DNA of 64,000 nucleotides, from positions 4,096,001 to 4,160,000 of the forward strand of contig CBDDPY010000002.1 of the NCBI GenBank assembly GCA_965232515.1. Direction: 5' to 3'. This document shows, one piece after another, positions 41,771-51,899 of this stretch. Made by a program: the position numbers and the translations under genes. This DNA comes from Alphaproteobacteria bacterium. Its GTDB lineage: Bacteria > Pseudomonadota > Alphaproteobacteria > GCA-2731375. The stretch's first letter is position 1; each line of letters opens with the position of its first letter. The notes beneath the pieces are model-generated. The model was not told the DNA's origin, ran no database searches, and was given only the letters and a program-made list of their open reading frames with translations.

Positions 41771-41790
41771 CGCACATTCGCTAACCGTAC

Positions 41791-42795
41791 TCAGAGCAGG
41801 CCGATCTTGGCCATATACGCCTTGTGGCTGTCGACGATCGCCTGGGCCTCGCCGCTCTTGGCGCCCCAGTCCTTCCACACATCGAGCAGCATGGTCCGGA
41901 ACTTCGCGGCATCGGCCTCGCCGAACTCGATGAGGGTCACGCCCAACTCGTCGACAGCCTTCTTGGTCGCCGCGGCGTCTTCGGCGGTCAATGTCGACTT
42001 CAGGGTCGCCGACAGTTCGTTGCAGGCGGCCTCGAACTTCTGTTGGGCATCGGCCGACAGGCCGTCCCACTTGGCCTTGGACACCGACATCTCGGTCACG
42101 GCCATCGAATGCCGGGCCAGGATCGAGTATTTCGCCTTGTTGTGCATGCCGAGCGCGACATTGAGGCCGATATTGGCGAGGTCGGTCGCGTCCAGCACGC
42201 CGGTCTCCAGTGCGTTCACGGACTCGCCGACGCCCATGGTCACAAGCGACGCGCCCGCGCGCGTCAGCAGGTCCGACGGCGTGCCGCCCGGCGCCCGCAT
42301 CTTCAGGCCCTCGAAATCCTCGACCGATCGGATCGGCTTGGTCGATGGGATCTGCTCGGGCGGCCAGTAAATCGAGCAGATGAAGTGCAGGTCGTATTTG
42401 GCGTAGAGCTCGCGCGCGAGCTTCAGACCGCCGCCCTCGGTGAACCAACCGTCGCGCATTGCCGAATCGGGATAGGCCGCGAGCGTGTCGCCGAGCACCG
42501 CCATCGCCGGATCCTTGCCGGCGAAATAAGTCGGCGCCGTGTACTGACCGTCGAGCAGGCCGTTCTGGATCGCATCGATGGTTTCGGTCGCGCCGACCAC
42601 GGCCCGGCCCGGCAGCACGGTGATATCGACCTCGCCGTTGGTCGCGGCTTTCAGGTCGGCCGCCATGGCTTCAAACGCCTTGGTGGTCGACGCGTTGGCG
42701 CCGAGAAAGGTCTGCATCTTGAAGCTTTCGGCCTGCGCCGCGCCGGCCACGAGCACGGCGCACGCGGTCGCCAGCAGAGTGTTCCTGATATGCAT
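41791..42795 (-). CDS. dctP: TRAP transporter substrate-binding protein
   Basis: Signal peptide AQA; KPIRSVEDFEGLKMRAPG with the conserved Arg; ALETGVLDA. Confidence 0.92.
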   Translation of the reverse strand: MHIRNTLLATACAVLVAGAAQAESFKMQTFLGANASTTKAFEAMAADLKAATNGEVDITVLPGRAVVGATETIDAIQNGLLDGQYTAPTYFAGKDPAMAVLGDTLAAYPDSAMRDGWFTEGGGLKLARELYAKYDLHFICSIYWPPEQIPSTKPIRSVEDFEGLKMRAPGGTPSDLLTRAGASLVTMGVGESVNALETGVLDATDLANIGLNVALGMHNKAKYSILARHSMAVTEMSVSKAKWDGLSADAQQKFEAACNELSATLKSTLTAEDAAATKKAVDELGVTLIEFGEADAAKFRTMLLDVWKDWGAKSGEAQAIVDSHKAYMAKIGLL

Positions 42796-42840
42796 GTTGT
42801 CCTCCCTGTTCGGATGTCCGATTTGATTTTTCGCCGTTCC

Positions 42841-43722
42841 CTAGGCCGCCATGCCGAGGATCTCCCGCGTTTCGTCGAGCGTCGCGACCTCGCGACCCAG
42901 CGCTTCGGCCTGTTCTCGGACGATCCGGATCAGTTCGGCGTTCTTGGGATTGCCGATGTTGGAATAGGGGTAGTCGCCAAGCCCGATGGAGATGTGACCG
43001 CCCTCGCGGATGATCTTCTCGGACAGCTTCAGCAGGTCGCCGTTGAAGTTGCAGACCGTCCACTCGATCCGCTTGTCCTGTGGCAGGAAGGCGGTGTGCG
43101 CATCGAGCCCCTGCGGCGTGCCCGGATGCCCCGCCAGCATGATGCCGTCGGTCAGGCAAAAGCACATGTAGGCCGGCTCGGGGATCAGACCCATGTCCAT
43201 GAAGGCGACCGACTGACGGGTAAAGCTGACGTTCCAGGACACCAGATACTGCTTCAGGCCGGCGGCGGTGATGTGTTCCGCGAAATACTCCAGCGTCTCG
43301 GTGTCGTTCCGGTAGACCAGATCCTTGGTGTCGTAAGCAGTTTTGCCGGGATTGTACCAATCGACATTGACGCTGCCCATGTCCATCGGCGCGAAGTCTG
43401 GCCGGGTGCGTGGATCCTGCGCCATGGTCATGACGTTGTGCAGCCGCTCCTCCGGACCGGCGCCCAAGGTCACGTAGCCGAGCGTCGGGTGAATCAGGAT
43501 GTCCGACATCTCATGGATCCGGCGCATCGTGTCCTGATAGGTCCCGAGGCGATGGTCGGGCGAGCCGTCGTCGTTGCGCGCATGGAAATGAACGATGGTG
43601 GCGCCTTCTTCGCGGCATTCCGCGGCCGCGGCGGCAATCTCGGCCGGCGTCCAGGGCACGTGCGGGTTCTCGGACCGCATCATGTATTCGTTCACGCGCG
43701 CTTCGATGATCAGCTTCTGCAT
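42841..43722 (-). CDS. Beta-keto acid cleavage enzyme (BKACE/DUF849, Kce-like)
   Basis: NPHVPWTPAEIA, GATIVHFHAR (Zn HxH), DMGSVN, GGHISIGLGD, NAELI, ATLDETREILG. Confidence 0.92.
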   Translation of the reverse strand: MQKLIIEARVNEYMMRSENPHVPWTPAEIAAAAAECREEGATIVHFHARNDDGSPDHRLGTYQDTMRRIHEMSDILIHPTLGYVTLGAGPEERLHNVMTMAQDPRTRPDFAPMDMGSVNVDWYNPGKTAYDTKDLVYRNDTETLEYFAEHITAAGLKQYLVSWNVSFTRQSVAFMDMGLIPEPAYMCFCLTDGIMLAGHPGTPQGLDAHTAFLPQDKRIEWTVCNFNGDLLKLSEKIIREGGHISIGLGDYPYSNIGNPKNAELIRIVREQAEALGREVATLDETREILGMAA

Positions 43723-43746
43723 CCGTGCCTCCCTTGGCCATCGCTC

Positions 43747-43893
43747 AAGATATATATATCTTTCGAATTTATGGCATATGTAATGATATATACGGTCAGT
43801 GAGTCAAGGATCTCATAATTCAAGGTTACGCACGCCTGGCAAACCGACCGAAGCAACACGGTTGGGTTGGCTCGTGAATAGGTATATATATAC
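43747..43893. promoter_or_regulatory. AT-rich divergent promoter region with TATATATA palindromic operators
   Basis: Perfect palindromes AAGATATATATATCTT (43747-43762) and GTATATATATAC (43882-43893); partial copy TGATATATAC (43784-43793). Confidence 0.65.
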
Positions 43894-43899
43894 AGTCTT

Positions 43900-45555
43900 A
43901 TGACCGAGGCCCGCGACGATACGACGAAGCGGTTGGCGGCGGCGGAAGCCCGTATCGCCGAGCTGGAATCGCGGCTGCAATCGACATCACCGGCAGATCC
44001 AGTGCTGCCCGTGTCGGAAGAGCTGTTCCGGCGCATTCTCGATCGCCTGCCCGGCAATGTCGTGCGCCGGGTTCTGCATGCCGACGGCCGCATCACTTAT
44101 CCGTTTGTCAGCGAGGGACTGTACGAAACCTTCGGCATCAAGCCGGAAGCGGTCACCGGACAGGGCGATGCCCGGTTCGACTGGATTCACCCTGACGACC
44201 GCGATGCCTGGGTGGCGGCCCTGCACCACTCGGCCAGGACCCTGACACCGCTGGACTACGAGAACCGCGTGATGTCGCCCGGCGGCGAGATACGCTGGGT
44301 GCGCTCGCTCGGCAAGCCGCAGCGCTTGCCGTCGGGCGACGTCGTCTGGGACGGCATCGCGCTCGACGTGACCGACCGGCGCGCGGCGGAGGAGGCCATG
44401 CGCGCGGCCAAGGACGAAGCCGAGCAGGCCAATCAGGCGAAGTCGAAGTTTCTCGCCGCCGCCAGTCACGACCTGCGTCAGCCGCTGCAGTCGCTGCGCT
44501 TCCTGCTCGCGGCGACCACGGCGCAGGCCCGCGACGACGGTGTGCTCGCCAATCTCGACCGCATGACGCACTGCCTGGACTCGCTCGACGGCATCCTCGA
44601 GGCGCTGCTCGACATCTCCAAGCTGGACGCCGGCGTGGTCACGCCGACAACAGGCCCGATCCCGGTCGCCAAGCTGTTCCGGCGACTGGAGCGGGAGTTG
44701 GCGCCGCTCGCCGAAGCCAAGCGGCTCGACCTGCGGGTCATGCACAGCGGCGCCGTGGCGGCAAGCGACGCCGCGCTGCTGGAAACGATTCTGCGCAACC
44801 TGCTGTCGAACGCCATCAAGTATACCGAGACCGGTCGCGTGCTGATCGGCTGCCGTCGGCATGGTGATGGCCTGCGCATCGTTGTTGCCGATACCGGCAT
44901 CGGCATCGCGCCGGCGCAACAGCAGGCGATCTTCGAGCCATTCCACCAGATCGACAATGTCGCGCGCGATCGCAGCATGGGGCTGGGCCTGGGGCTTGCC
45001 ATCGTCGCCCGGGTGGCGCAACTCCTGGGTCACGAGATCGGTCTGTCGTCGGCGCCGAGCCGGGGCGCCCGGTTCTGGATCGACGTACCACGCGCGGCCG
45101 CGACGGATCGGGGTCATGACGACGCCCGGTCCGCGGCCGCGCCCGCGACCGTCGTCGACGCCATCGCCGGCGCCCGGGTGCTGTTGGTTGAAGACGAAGC
45201 CATGGTGGCTGAATCCGTGCGGCAATTGCTGCAGACCTGGGGTTGCCAGGTGAGCGCGGCCATCGACACGGCGGCGGCGCTGGCGGCAACCGCTGCATCG
45301 GCCGACGCGCCCGACCTCATCATCGCCGACTACCGGCTGCCCTGCGCCGCGCGTGGCAGCGATGCGATCGGCGCCGTGCGCACCCAAACCGGCCGCGACA
45401 TCCCGGGTATCATCCTGACCGGCGATACGGCGCCCGAACGCCTGCGCGAAGCACAGTGCAGCGGCTATAACCTGTTGCACAAGCCGGTGCGGCCGGCGCG
45501 GCTGCGGGCGCTGATGAACCTGTTGCTGACCGACCGACACAGTGGAGTCCCTTGA
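43900..45555 (+). CDS. Cytoplasmic PAS hybrid histidine kinase/receiver
   Basis: IHPDD PAS_3 domain; FLAAASHDLRQPL, NLLSNAIKYT, GLGLGL; C-terminal receiver ADYRL...HKPV. Confidence 0.93.
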   Translation: MTEARDDTTKRLAAAEARIAELESRLQSTSPADPVLPVSEELFRRILDRLPGNVVRRVLHADGRITYPFVSEGLYETFGIKPEAVTGQGDARFDWIHPDDRDAWVAALHHSARTLTPLDYENRVMSPGGEIRWVRSLGKPQRLPSGDVVWDGIALDVTDRRAAEEAMRAAKDEAEQANQAKSKFLAAASHDLRQPLQSLRFLLAATTAQARDDGVLANLDRMTHCLDSLDGILEALLDISKLDAGVVTPTTGPIPVAKLFRRLERELAPLAEAKRLDLRVMHSGAVAASDAALLETILRNLLSNAIKYTETGRVLIGCRRHGDGLRIVVADTGIGIAPAQQQAIFEPFHQIDNVARDRSMGLGLGLAIVARVAQLLGHEIGLSSAPSRGARFWIDVPRAAATDRGHDDARSAAAPATVVDAIAGARVLLVEDEAMVAESVRQLLQTWGCQVSAAIDTAAALAATAASADAPDLIIADYRLPCAARGSDAIGAVRTQTGRDIPGIILTGDTAPERLREAQCSGYNLLHKPVRPARLRALMNLLLTDRHSGVP

Positions 45556-46190
45556 TGCGGGTGCTGATCGCCGACGACCACAGTCTGTTCCGCGAGGGAC
45601 TGGAGCAGTTGCTGATGCAACTCGACGCCGACATGACCTTTGCGCATGCCGCCGATCTGGCCGAGGCAGAGGCGGACCTGCGCGCGGCGGAGGACGACTA
45701 CGACCTTGTCATCATCGATTGGCGCATGCCGGGCATGGACCGGCCCGGCGCGTTCCGGCATTTGCGCGAGACCAGACCCGACACGCCCGTCGTTGTGATT
45801 TCAGCCTCGGAGGAACCGGCCGATATCGAGGCCGCCATGCAGGCCGGCGCCTCCGGCTATATCCCGAAGTCCTCGAACGCACAGGTCACGTTGGGCGCGT
45901 TGCGGTTGATCCTCGACTCCGGCGGTATCTACGTGCCGCCGTCGCTGCTAAGAAACGGCCAGGACGCGCCGGAGACACCGCCGCCGACACGCCGCGACGG
46001 CCGGCCGGTTCTGACCCGACGTCAGGTCGAGGTGTTGCGCCTCATCGCCGATGGCAAATCGAACCGCGAAATCGCCGCGGCGCTCGACATCACCGAAGGC
46101 ACCGCCAAGGTGCACGTCGCGTCGATCATGAAATCGCTGGGGGTGCGCCGGCGCGCCGACGCGGTGATCCGGGCTGCCGCCATCCTCTGA
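45555..46190 (+). CDS. NarL/LuxR-family response regulator
   Basis: VLIADDH, DWRMPG, LTRRQVEVL...SNREIA...TAKVHV; TGATG coupling with the kinase. Confidence 0.93.
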   Translation: MRVLIADDHSLFREGLEQLLMQLDADMTFAHAADLAEAEADLRAAEDDYDLVIIDWRMPGMDRPGAFRHLRETRPDTPVVVISASEEPADIEAAMQAGASGYIPKSSNAQVTLGALRLILDSGGIYVPPSLLRNGQDAPETPPPTRRDGRPVLTRRQVEVLRLIADGKSNREIAAALDITEGTAKVHVASIMKSLGVRRRADAVIRAAAIL

Positions 46191-46205
46191 CGGTCAGCCG
46201 CGCCG

Positions 46206-47771
46206 TCAGTCGTCGTCCGACTCGTCGTCGCTCCAGTCCGCCGTCGAGACGCGGCCGCGTTCGGCGCCGGTGTCGTCATCGACACAGACCATGCTGACGT
46301 CATAGCCCCAAAGCCGGCGGGCGTGTTTCAACACCTCGTCGCGGGACTTTTCGGCCAGCGGAATGCCCTTGCGCATGGCATGACGCAGATGCAGCTGACG
46401 GTCGCGTTTGAGATCGACGTCGATGACCTGGATATCTGGATCGATGACGCCGGGATCGTAGCTGCGGGCCAGCATCTCGCGCACCTGCCGGTAGCCGTCC
46501 TCGTCGTGAATGCCGGACACCATGAGATGGCTGTCGTCGGCATCGTCGGTCAGCGCGAACAGCTTGAACTCGCGGATCAGGCGCGGGCTTAGATATTGCA
46601 GGATGAAGGATTCGTCCCGGTAATTGGCCCAGGCATCCTTCAAGGTGCCGCGCCAGTCGCCGTTGCCGGCGATCTCGGGGAACCATTCCTTGTCTTCCGG
46701 CGTCGGCTCCATGCACATGCGCTTGATGTCCTGCATCATCGAGAAGCCGAGCGCATAGGGATTCAGGCCGGAATAGCGCGGGTCGTCGAAGTCGGCCTGG
46801 AACACCACGTTGGCGTGGCTGTGCAGGATCTCCAGCATGGTGCCTTCGGTCAGCAGGCCGCGGTCGTACAGCTCGTTGGCGATGTAGTGGTGCACGAAGG
46901 TGGCGCAGCCCTCGTTCATCACCTTCGTCTGACGCTGCGGATAGAAGTACTGCGCGATCGTGCGCACGATCCGCAGCACCTCGCGCTGCCACGGCTCCAG
47001 CACCGGGCTGTTGCGCTCGATGAAGAACAGCACGTTCTCTTCCGGCAGCTTGTGCTGCCGCATGCGTTCGGCCAGCTCCTTCTCCAGCTCGGTTTCCTGC
47101 GCGCCGTCGTGCAGTTGCGGCACCGTGCGCCAGAGATCGCTGAAGGTGCGGTCCTTGTAGTCCTGGGCTTCCTGGGCCCGCGCTTTCAGCTCGCGGCTGG
47201 TCAGCTCGCGCGGCCGGCGATAGCGGAACACCGCCTGATCCATCAGCGCATGCGCGGCATCGAGCGTGTCCTCGACCGCCTCCATGCCGGCCTTTTCCTC
47301 GCAGGTGGCGATGAAAGCCTTGGCGTACTGGAAGTAGTCGAGCACGCCGTCGGCATCGGTCCACTGCCGGAAAAGGTAGTTGTTCTTGAAGAAGTGGTTG
47401 TGGCCGAAGGCGGCGTGCGCCATCACCAGCGTCTGCAGCGCCATGGTGTTCTCTTCCATGACGTAGCTGATGCAGGGATTGGAGTTGATCACGATCTCAT
47501 ACGCCAGGCCGGTATAGCCCTTGCGGTACATCTTCTCCTCGCGGGCGAAGCGCTTGCCGAAGGACCAGTGCGGGTACATCAACGGCATGCCCAGCGAGGA
47601 ATAGGCGTCCAGCATCTGCTCGGACGAGATGATTTCGATCTGATTGGGATAGACGTCGAGGCCGAGGTCGTTCAACGCCACGTCCTCGATCGCATCGAAG
47701 GCGGCCGACAGCCGTTCGAAGCTCCAATCGGGCTCCTCGAACAACGGCTGCGTCTTACGCTTGGCGCCCAT
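46206..47771 (-). CDS. spoVR: SpoVR-family protein (YcgB)
   Basis: YPNQIEIIS, HWSFGK, AYEIVINSNPC, HAAFGHNHFFKNN, TKVMNEGCA. Confidence 0.95.
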   Translation of the reverse strand: MGAKRKTQPLFEEPDWSFERLSAAFDAIEDVALNDLGLDVYPNQIEIISSEQMLDAYSSLGMPLMYPHWSFGKRFAREEKMYRKGYTGLAYEIVINSNPCISYVMEENTMALQTLVMAHAAFGHNHFFKNNYLFRQWTDADGVLDYFQYAKAFIATCEEKAGMEAVEDTLDAAHALMDQAVFRYRRPRELTSRELKARAQEAQDYKDRTFSDLWRTVPQLHDGAQETELEKELAERMRQHKLPEENVLFFIERNSPVLEPWQREVLRIVRTIAQYFYPQRQTKVMNEGCATFVHHYIANELYDRGLLTEGTMLEILHSHANVVFQADFDDPRYSGLNPYALGFSMMQDIKRMCMEPTPEDKEWFPEIAGNGDWRGTLKDAWANYRDESFILQYLSPRLIREFKLFALTDDADDSHLMVSGIHDEDGYRQVREMLARSYDPGVIDPDIQVIDVDLKRDRQLHLRHAMRKGIPLAEKSRDEVLKHARRLWGYDVSMVCVDDDTGAERGRVSTADWSDDESDDD

Positions 47772-47809
47772 ACCTAACCTGCCTCCGTCCGTTGCCGGCG
47801 GGCCACCGC

Positions 47810-49120
47810 TCAGACCTGCTCGACCTGCTTGGCGAACAGTTCGCGGAAAGCCGGATAGATGTCACCGGGCTTGGCGATGCGCTTCATTTCGAAGTTCTGC
47901 CATTGCTCCTTCACGGTCCGATAGGCCTGCCACAAGGCCGCGCCGGACTCGGAATCGCCGAACAGGCCCATCTCGCGCTCGTCGATGATCTCGACATAGG
48001 TGAAGTACTGGCAGACCGGCATCAGCTCCTGATGCAGCAGGGCGACGCAACGTTCACTGTCGCCGGAGAAGTTCTCGCCGTCCGACGCCTGGGCGGCATA
48101 GATGTTCCAGGTGTCGGTCGGATAGCGGTCGGCGACGACCCCGGCCATCTCGCGCAACGCCGTGCTGACCACCGTGCCGCCGGTCTGCGGGCTGTAGAAG
48201 AAGGTTTCCTCGTCAACCTCGGAAGCTTCGTGCGTATGCCGGATGAAGACGACGTCGACATGCTCGTAGCGGCGCTTCAGGAACATGTGCAGCAGCACGA
48301 AGAAGCGCTTGGCCAGATCCTTTTCGCGCTGCCCCATGGAGCCGGAGACGTCCATCAGGCAGAACATGACGGCGTTGGTGTTCGGCTCGGGCCGTTGTTC
48401 GTTATAGCGGTAACGCACGTCGAACGGATCGATGAAGCCGACGACCTTGCGCCGCCGCTCGAGCCCCTCGAGCTCCTCGATCAGCGCTTTCAGCTTTTGC
48501 TCGTCCTCGTCGGTCCGGCCGGTCTTGGCCTCCAGCGCCGTAATCTGCCGGCGCAGGTCCTCGAGCGTCGAGTTCTTCGGCCGGGCCAGCGCGATTCGAC
48601 GCCCCAGGCTATTGCGCATGGTGCGCGCGACATCCAGGTTCGACGGGTTGCCGACCCGGCTGAAACCGGCACGATGACGCGTGAAAGAGACGATCTCCTT
48701 CAGCGTCGTCTTGACCAGGTTCGGCAGCTCCAGATCCTCGAAGAACAGATCCAGGAATTCCTCGCGCGACAGCGCGAACTGGAATTCGTCCTCGCCGTCG
48801 CCCTGGTCGGTGGCCTTCTTGCCGCCACCACCCTCGCCCTGTTGCGGCTTCGGGATGCGGTCGCCGGTCTCGAACTCCTTGTTGCCGGTGAACACCCGCT
48901 CGCGGATGCCGCCCTTGCTGCTGTGACTGAAGCGCGGCTCGCCGATGCCCTTGGTCGGGATCGTCACGGTCTCGCCACTGGCGACATCCGTGATCGAGCG
49001 GTCCCGCACCGACTTGTTGACGACCTCTTTGATCTGGGCGCGGGCCCGTCGGATAAAGCGCTGGCGGTTGCCCAGGCTTTTGCCCTTGGGATTTTGCCGC
49101 CGATCGATGAACTGGTGCAT
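47810..49120 (-). CDS. yeaH: YeaH/YhbH-family (DUF444) protein
   Basis: IDRRQNPKGKS..NRQRF, FCLMDVSGSM, GGTVVS, AQASDGEN. Confidence 0.95.
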   Translation of the reverse strand: MHQFIDRRQNPKGKSLGNRQRFIRRARAQIKEVVNKSVRDRSITDVASGETVTIPTKGIGEPRFSHSSKGGIRERVFTGNKEFETGDRIPKPQQGEGGGGKKATDQGDGEDEFQFALSREEFLDLFFEDLELPNLVKTTLKEIVSFTRHRAGFSRVGNPSNLDVARTMRNSLGRRIALARPKNSTLEDLRRQITALEAKTGRTDEDEQKLKALIEELEGLERRRKVVGFIDPFDVRYRYNEQRPEPNTNAVMFCLMDVSGSMGQREKDLAKRFFVLLHMFLKRRYEHVDVVFIRHTHEASEVDEETFFYSPQTGGTVVSTALREMAGVVADRYPTDTWNIYAAQASDGENFSGDSERCVALLHQELMPVCQYFTYVEIIDEREMGLFGDSESGAALWQAYRTVKEQWQNFEMKRIAKPGDIYPAFRELFAKQVEQV

Positions 49121-49135
49121 GGCCTCTGGCCGGGC

Positions 49136-51070
49136 TCAGCCCGCCTTATTCACGCGCATGTACCATTCGACGAGACGCCGGACCTGACGCTGGGTGTAGC
49201 CGCGCTCGACCAGACGCGAGACGAAGTCGTTGTGTTTCTTCTCCGTTTCGCTGTCCTTCTTCGAGCCGAAGCTGATCACCGGGAGCAGATCCTCGACCTG
49301 ACCGAACATCCGTTTCTCGATGACGTCGCGCAGCTTCTCGTAGCTGGTCCAGGACGGGTTCTTGCCGTCGTTCTGGGCCCGCGCACGCAGCACGAACTTC
49401 ACCACCTCGTTGCGGAAGTCCTTCGGATTGGCGATGCCGGCCGGCTTTTCGATTTTCGCCAGCTCGGCGTCCAGCACCTCGCGGTCGAACAGCTGACCGG
49501 TATCCGGATCCTTGTAGTCCTGCTCCTCGATCCAGGCATCGGCATAGGCGATGTAGCGGTCGAACAGGTTCTGCCCATACTCGGTATAGGATTCGAGGTA
49601 GGCCTTCTGGATCTCGTTGCCGATGAACTCGGCATACTTCGGCGCCAGGTCGGCCTTGATGAACTCGAGGTACTGGTCCTCTGTCTCGCGCGCGAACTGC
49701 TCGCGCTTGATCGCCTGCTCCAGCACATACATCAGATGCACCGGGTCGGCCGCGACCTCCTCGATGTCGTGGTTGAAGGTCTCGGACAGCACCTTGAAGG
49801 CGAACCGCGTGCTGACGCCGGTCATGCCTTCGTCGACGCCGGCCGCGTCGCGGTATTCCTGCATCGACTTGGCCTTCGGGCCAGTGTGCTTCAGGTTCTC
49901 GCCGTCATAGACCCGCATCTTGGCGTAGAGCGTCGAGTTCTCGTGCTCGCGCAGGCGCGTCAGCACGCTGAAGCGGCTCAGGATTTCGAGCGTTTCCGGC
50001 GCGCAGGGCGCGTCGCCGAGCTGACTTTCCCGCAACAGCTTGTGATAAATCTCGGCTTCCTCGGTGCCGCGCAGACAATAGGGCACCTTGACCACGGAAA
50101 TCCGGTCGAGGAAGGCCTCGTTGTTCTTGTTGCTCTTGAACTGCTGCCATTCGGCCTCATTCGAGTGCGCCAGGATGATGCCCTGGAACGGGAAGGCGCC
50201 AAAGCTCTCGGTGCCGAGATAATTGCCTTCCTGCGTGGCGGTCAGCAGCGGGTGCAGCACCTTGATCGGCGCCTTGAACATCTCGACGAATTCCAACAGT
50301 CCTTGAGTCGTTCGGTTCAGGCCGCCGGAGAAGCTGTAGGCGTCGGGGTCGTTCTGGCTGAAATGCTCGAGCTTGCGGATGTCGAGCTTGCCAACCAGGG
50401 CGGAGATGTCCTGGTTGTTTTCGTCGCCGGGTTCCGTCTTGGCGACGCCGACCTGACGCAGCTTCGACGGCATCATCTTGACGACGGCGAACTTCGAGAT
50501 ATCGCCGTCGAATTCGTCCAGGCGCTTGACCGCCCAGGGCGACATCAAGCCATTTAACCGGCGCCGCGCGATACCGTACTTGTCTTCAAGCAGATCGCCC
50601 ATGCGCGCCGGATCGAACAGACCGAGCGGCGATTCGAACACCGGGCTGACCTGATCGCCGGCTTTCAACACGTAGATCGGGTTCTTTTCCATCAGCAGCT
50701 TCAGACGCTCGGCCAGCGTCGATTTGCCGCCGCCCACGGGGCCGAGCAGATAAAGCACCTGCTTGCGCTCTTCGAGGCCCTGCGCGGCATGCTGGAAGTA
50801 GCCGACGATCCGCTCGATCGTCTGCTCCATGCCGTAGAAGCCGCTGAATGCGGGATAGCGCTTGATGGTTCTATTGAGGAAAATGCGGCCCAATCGCGAG
50901 TCCGAACTGGTGTCGATCAGTTCAGGTTCGCCGATGGCGTCGATCATGCGTTCCGCCGCCGAGGCGTACATCAGGGGGTGGTCGCGGCACCCGAGCAGAT
51001 AGTCGTGCAGACTCATCTCCTCGGAGGCTTCACGCTGATAATTTTCCGAATATGCTTCGAAAACGTTCAT
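49136..51070 (-). CDS. prkA: PrkA/YeaG-family AAA serine protein kinase
   Basis: LLGPVGGGKS, EPGDENNQDIS, EFVEMFKAPIKVLHPLL, VRRLVEWY. Confidence 0.96.
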   Translation of the reverse strand: MNVFEAYSENYQREASEEMSLHDYLLGCRDHPLMYASAAERMIDAIGEPELIDTSSDSRLGRIFLNRTIKRYPAFSGFYGMEQTIERIVGYFQHAAQGLEERKQVLYLLGPVGGGKSTLAERLKLLMEKNPIYVLKAGDQVSPVFESPLGLFDPARMGDLLEDKYGIARRRLNGLMSPWAVKRLDEFDGDISKFAVVKMMPSKLRQVGVAKTEPGDENNQDISALVGKLDIRKLEHFSQNDPDAYSFSGGLNRTTQGLLEFVEMFKAPIKVLHPLLTATQEGNYLGTESFGAFPFQGIILAHSNEAEWQQFKSNKNNEAFLDRISVVKVPYCLRGTEEAEIYHKLLRESQLGDAPCAPETLEILSRFSVLTRLREHENSTLYAKMRVYDGENLKHTGPKAKSMQEYRDAAGVDEGMTGVSTRFAFKVLSETFNHDIEEVAADPVHLMYVLEQAIKREQFARETEDQYLEFIKADLAPKYAEFIGNEIQKAYLESYTEYGQNLFDRYIAYADAWIEEQDYKDPDTGQLFDREVLDAELAKIEKPAGIANPKDFRNEVVKFVLRARAQNDGKNPSWTSYEKLRDVIEKRMFGQVEDLLPVISFGSKKDSETEKKHNDFVSRLVERGYTQRQVRRLVEWYMRVNKAG

Positions 51071-51707
51071 GACCGTCCTCCATCAATGGGTGAACGGGTC
51101 GATCGCCAAACTACGGCCGCGCAAAGCATTGCAAATATGTCCTCTTCAGCCTCTCGTTCCTCGCTCTTCCTCCCCCGGTGTCCCAAGTTGTGCATTTGCC
51201 AATTCTTGGCTTATGTCACCCTGCTTTTGTTTGACCCTTCTTAAATGTAGCGTCTCATTGGAACACGGCTACCCTGGTCCATTCAAATTTTCATCACGCA
51301 TTAGCGGTCGGTTGTGCGCCAACCAAGGCGGCGCGCCAATCGCAACCGAAAGATGCAGAGAAAGATTTGACGCACGAAATCAACGGGTTGATCCGCCGGT
51401 CTTGAGGCGGCGTCGAACGCCGGATTGACTCGACCGTCGCGGCGACGTGCAGGCGTCGGCGTGTAATCAATTCGTCATCATTGCAAGCATGCAACACACA
51501 ATCGCGGTGATTCGCCGTCTGGCGCTGGGTTTCGTTGGCGCGCGACGAATTTTCTGCTGCAACGATCTTGGCTGTTTGGGGATGCGAACCGGCGGTGATA
51601 TCTCGCCGCGCGCCGTCATCGGCATCGAGCCGCGGCGCGTCGTGTCGAGATATGTCGTCTGCGTATCGCATTTTTTCCCTAGCCAATGAAGTGTCGTGCC
51701 GGAGTGC

Positions 51708-51726
51708 TTAAATAACGGTTAACCAT
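51708..51726 (+). promoter_or_regulatory. Perfect CtrA box
   Basis: TTAA-ATAACGG-TTAACCAT, about 175 bp upstream of the nucleotidyltransferase start. Confidence 0.65.
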
Positions 51727-51899
51727 GTCACTAAATTCGAGAATATGATCGCCAACGCGTAGATGTGATGCGTCAACCGCCGTCCTAACAATTACGCGGC
51801 ACTGTCGATGTCGATCCGAAAAAGTCGACATCGATCGCAAGTGAAGCAGGACAATTTGGGAGGTCCGGGCGGCGATCAGATGGCGGGGATTTGCGTTCG

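Noticed and set aside
46206-51070. Sporulation locus or novel system
   Set aside because: prkA-yeaH-spoVR is a widespread stress and stationary-phase operon in non-sporulating Proteobacteria.
51132-51160. General-stress (EcfG-type) promoter GGAAC...TT for prkA
   Set aside because: The spacing and -10 element do not fit the consensus convincingly.
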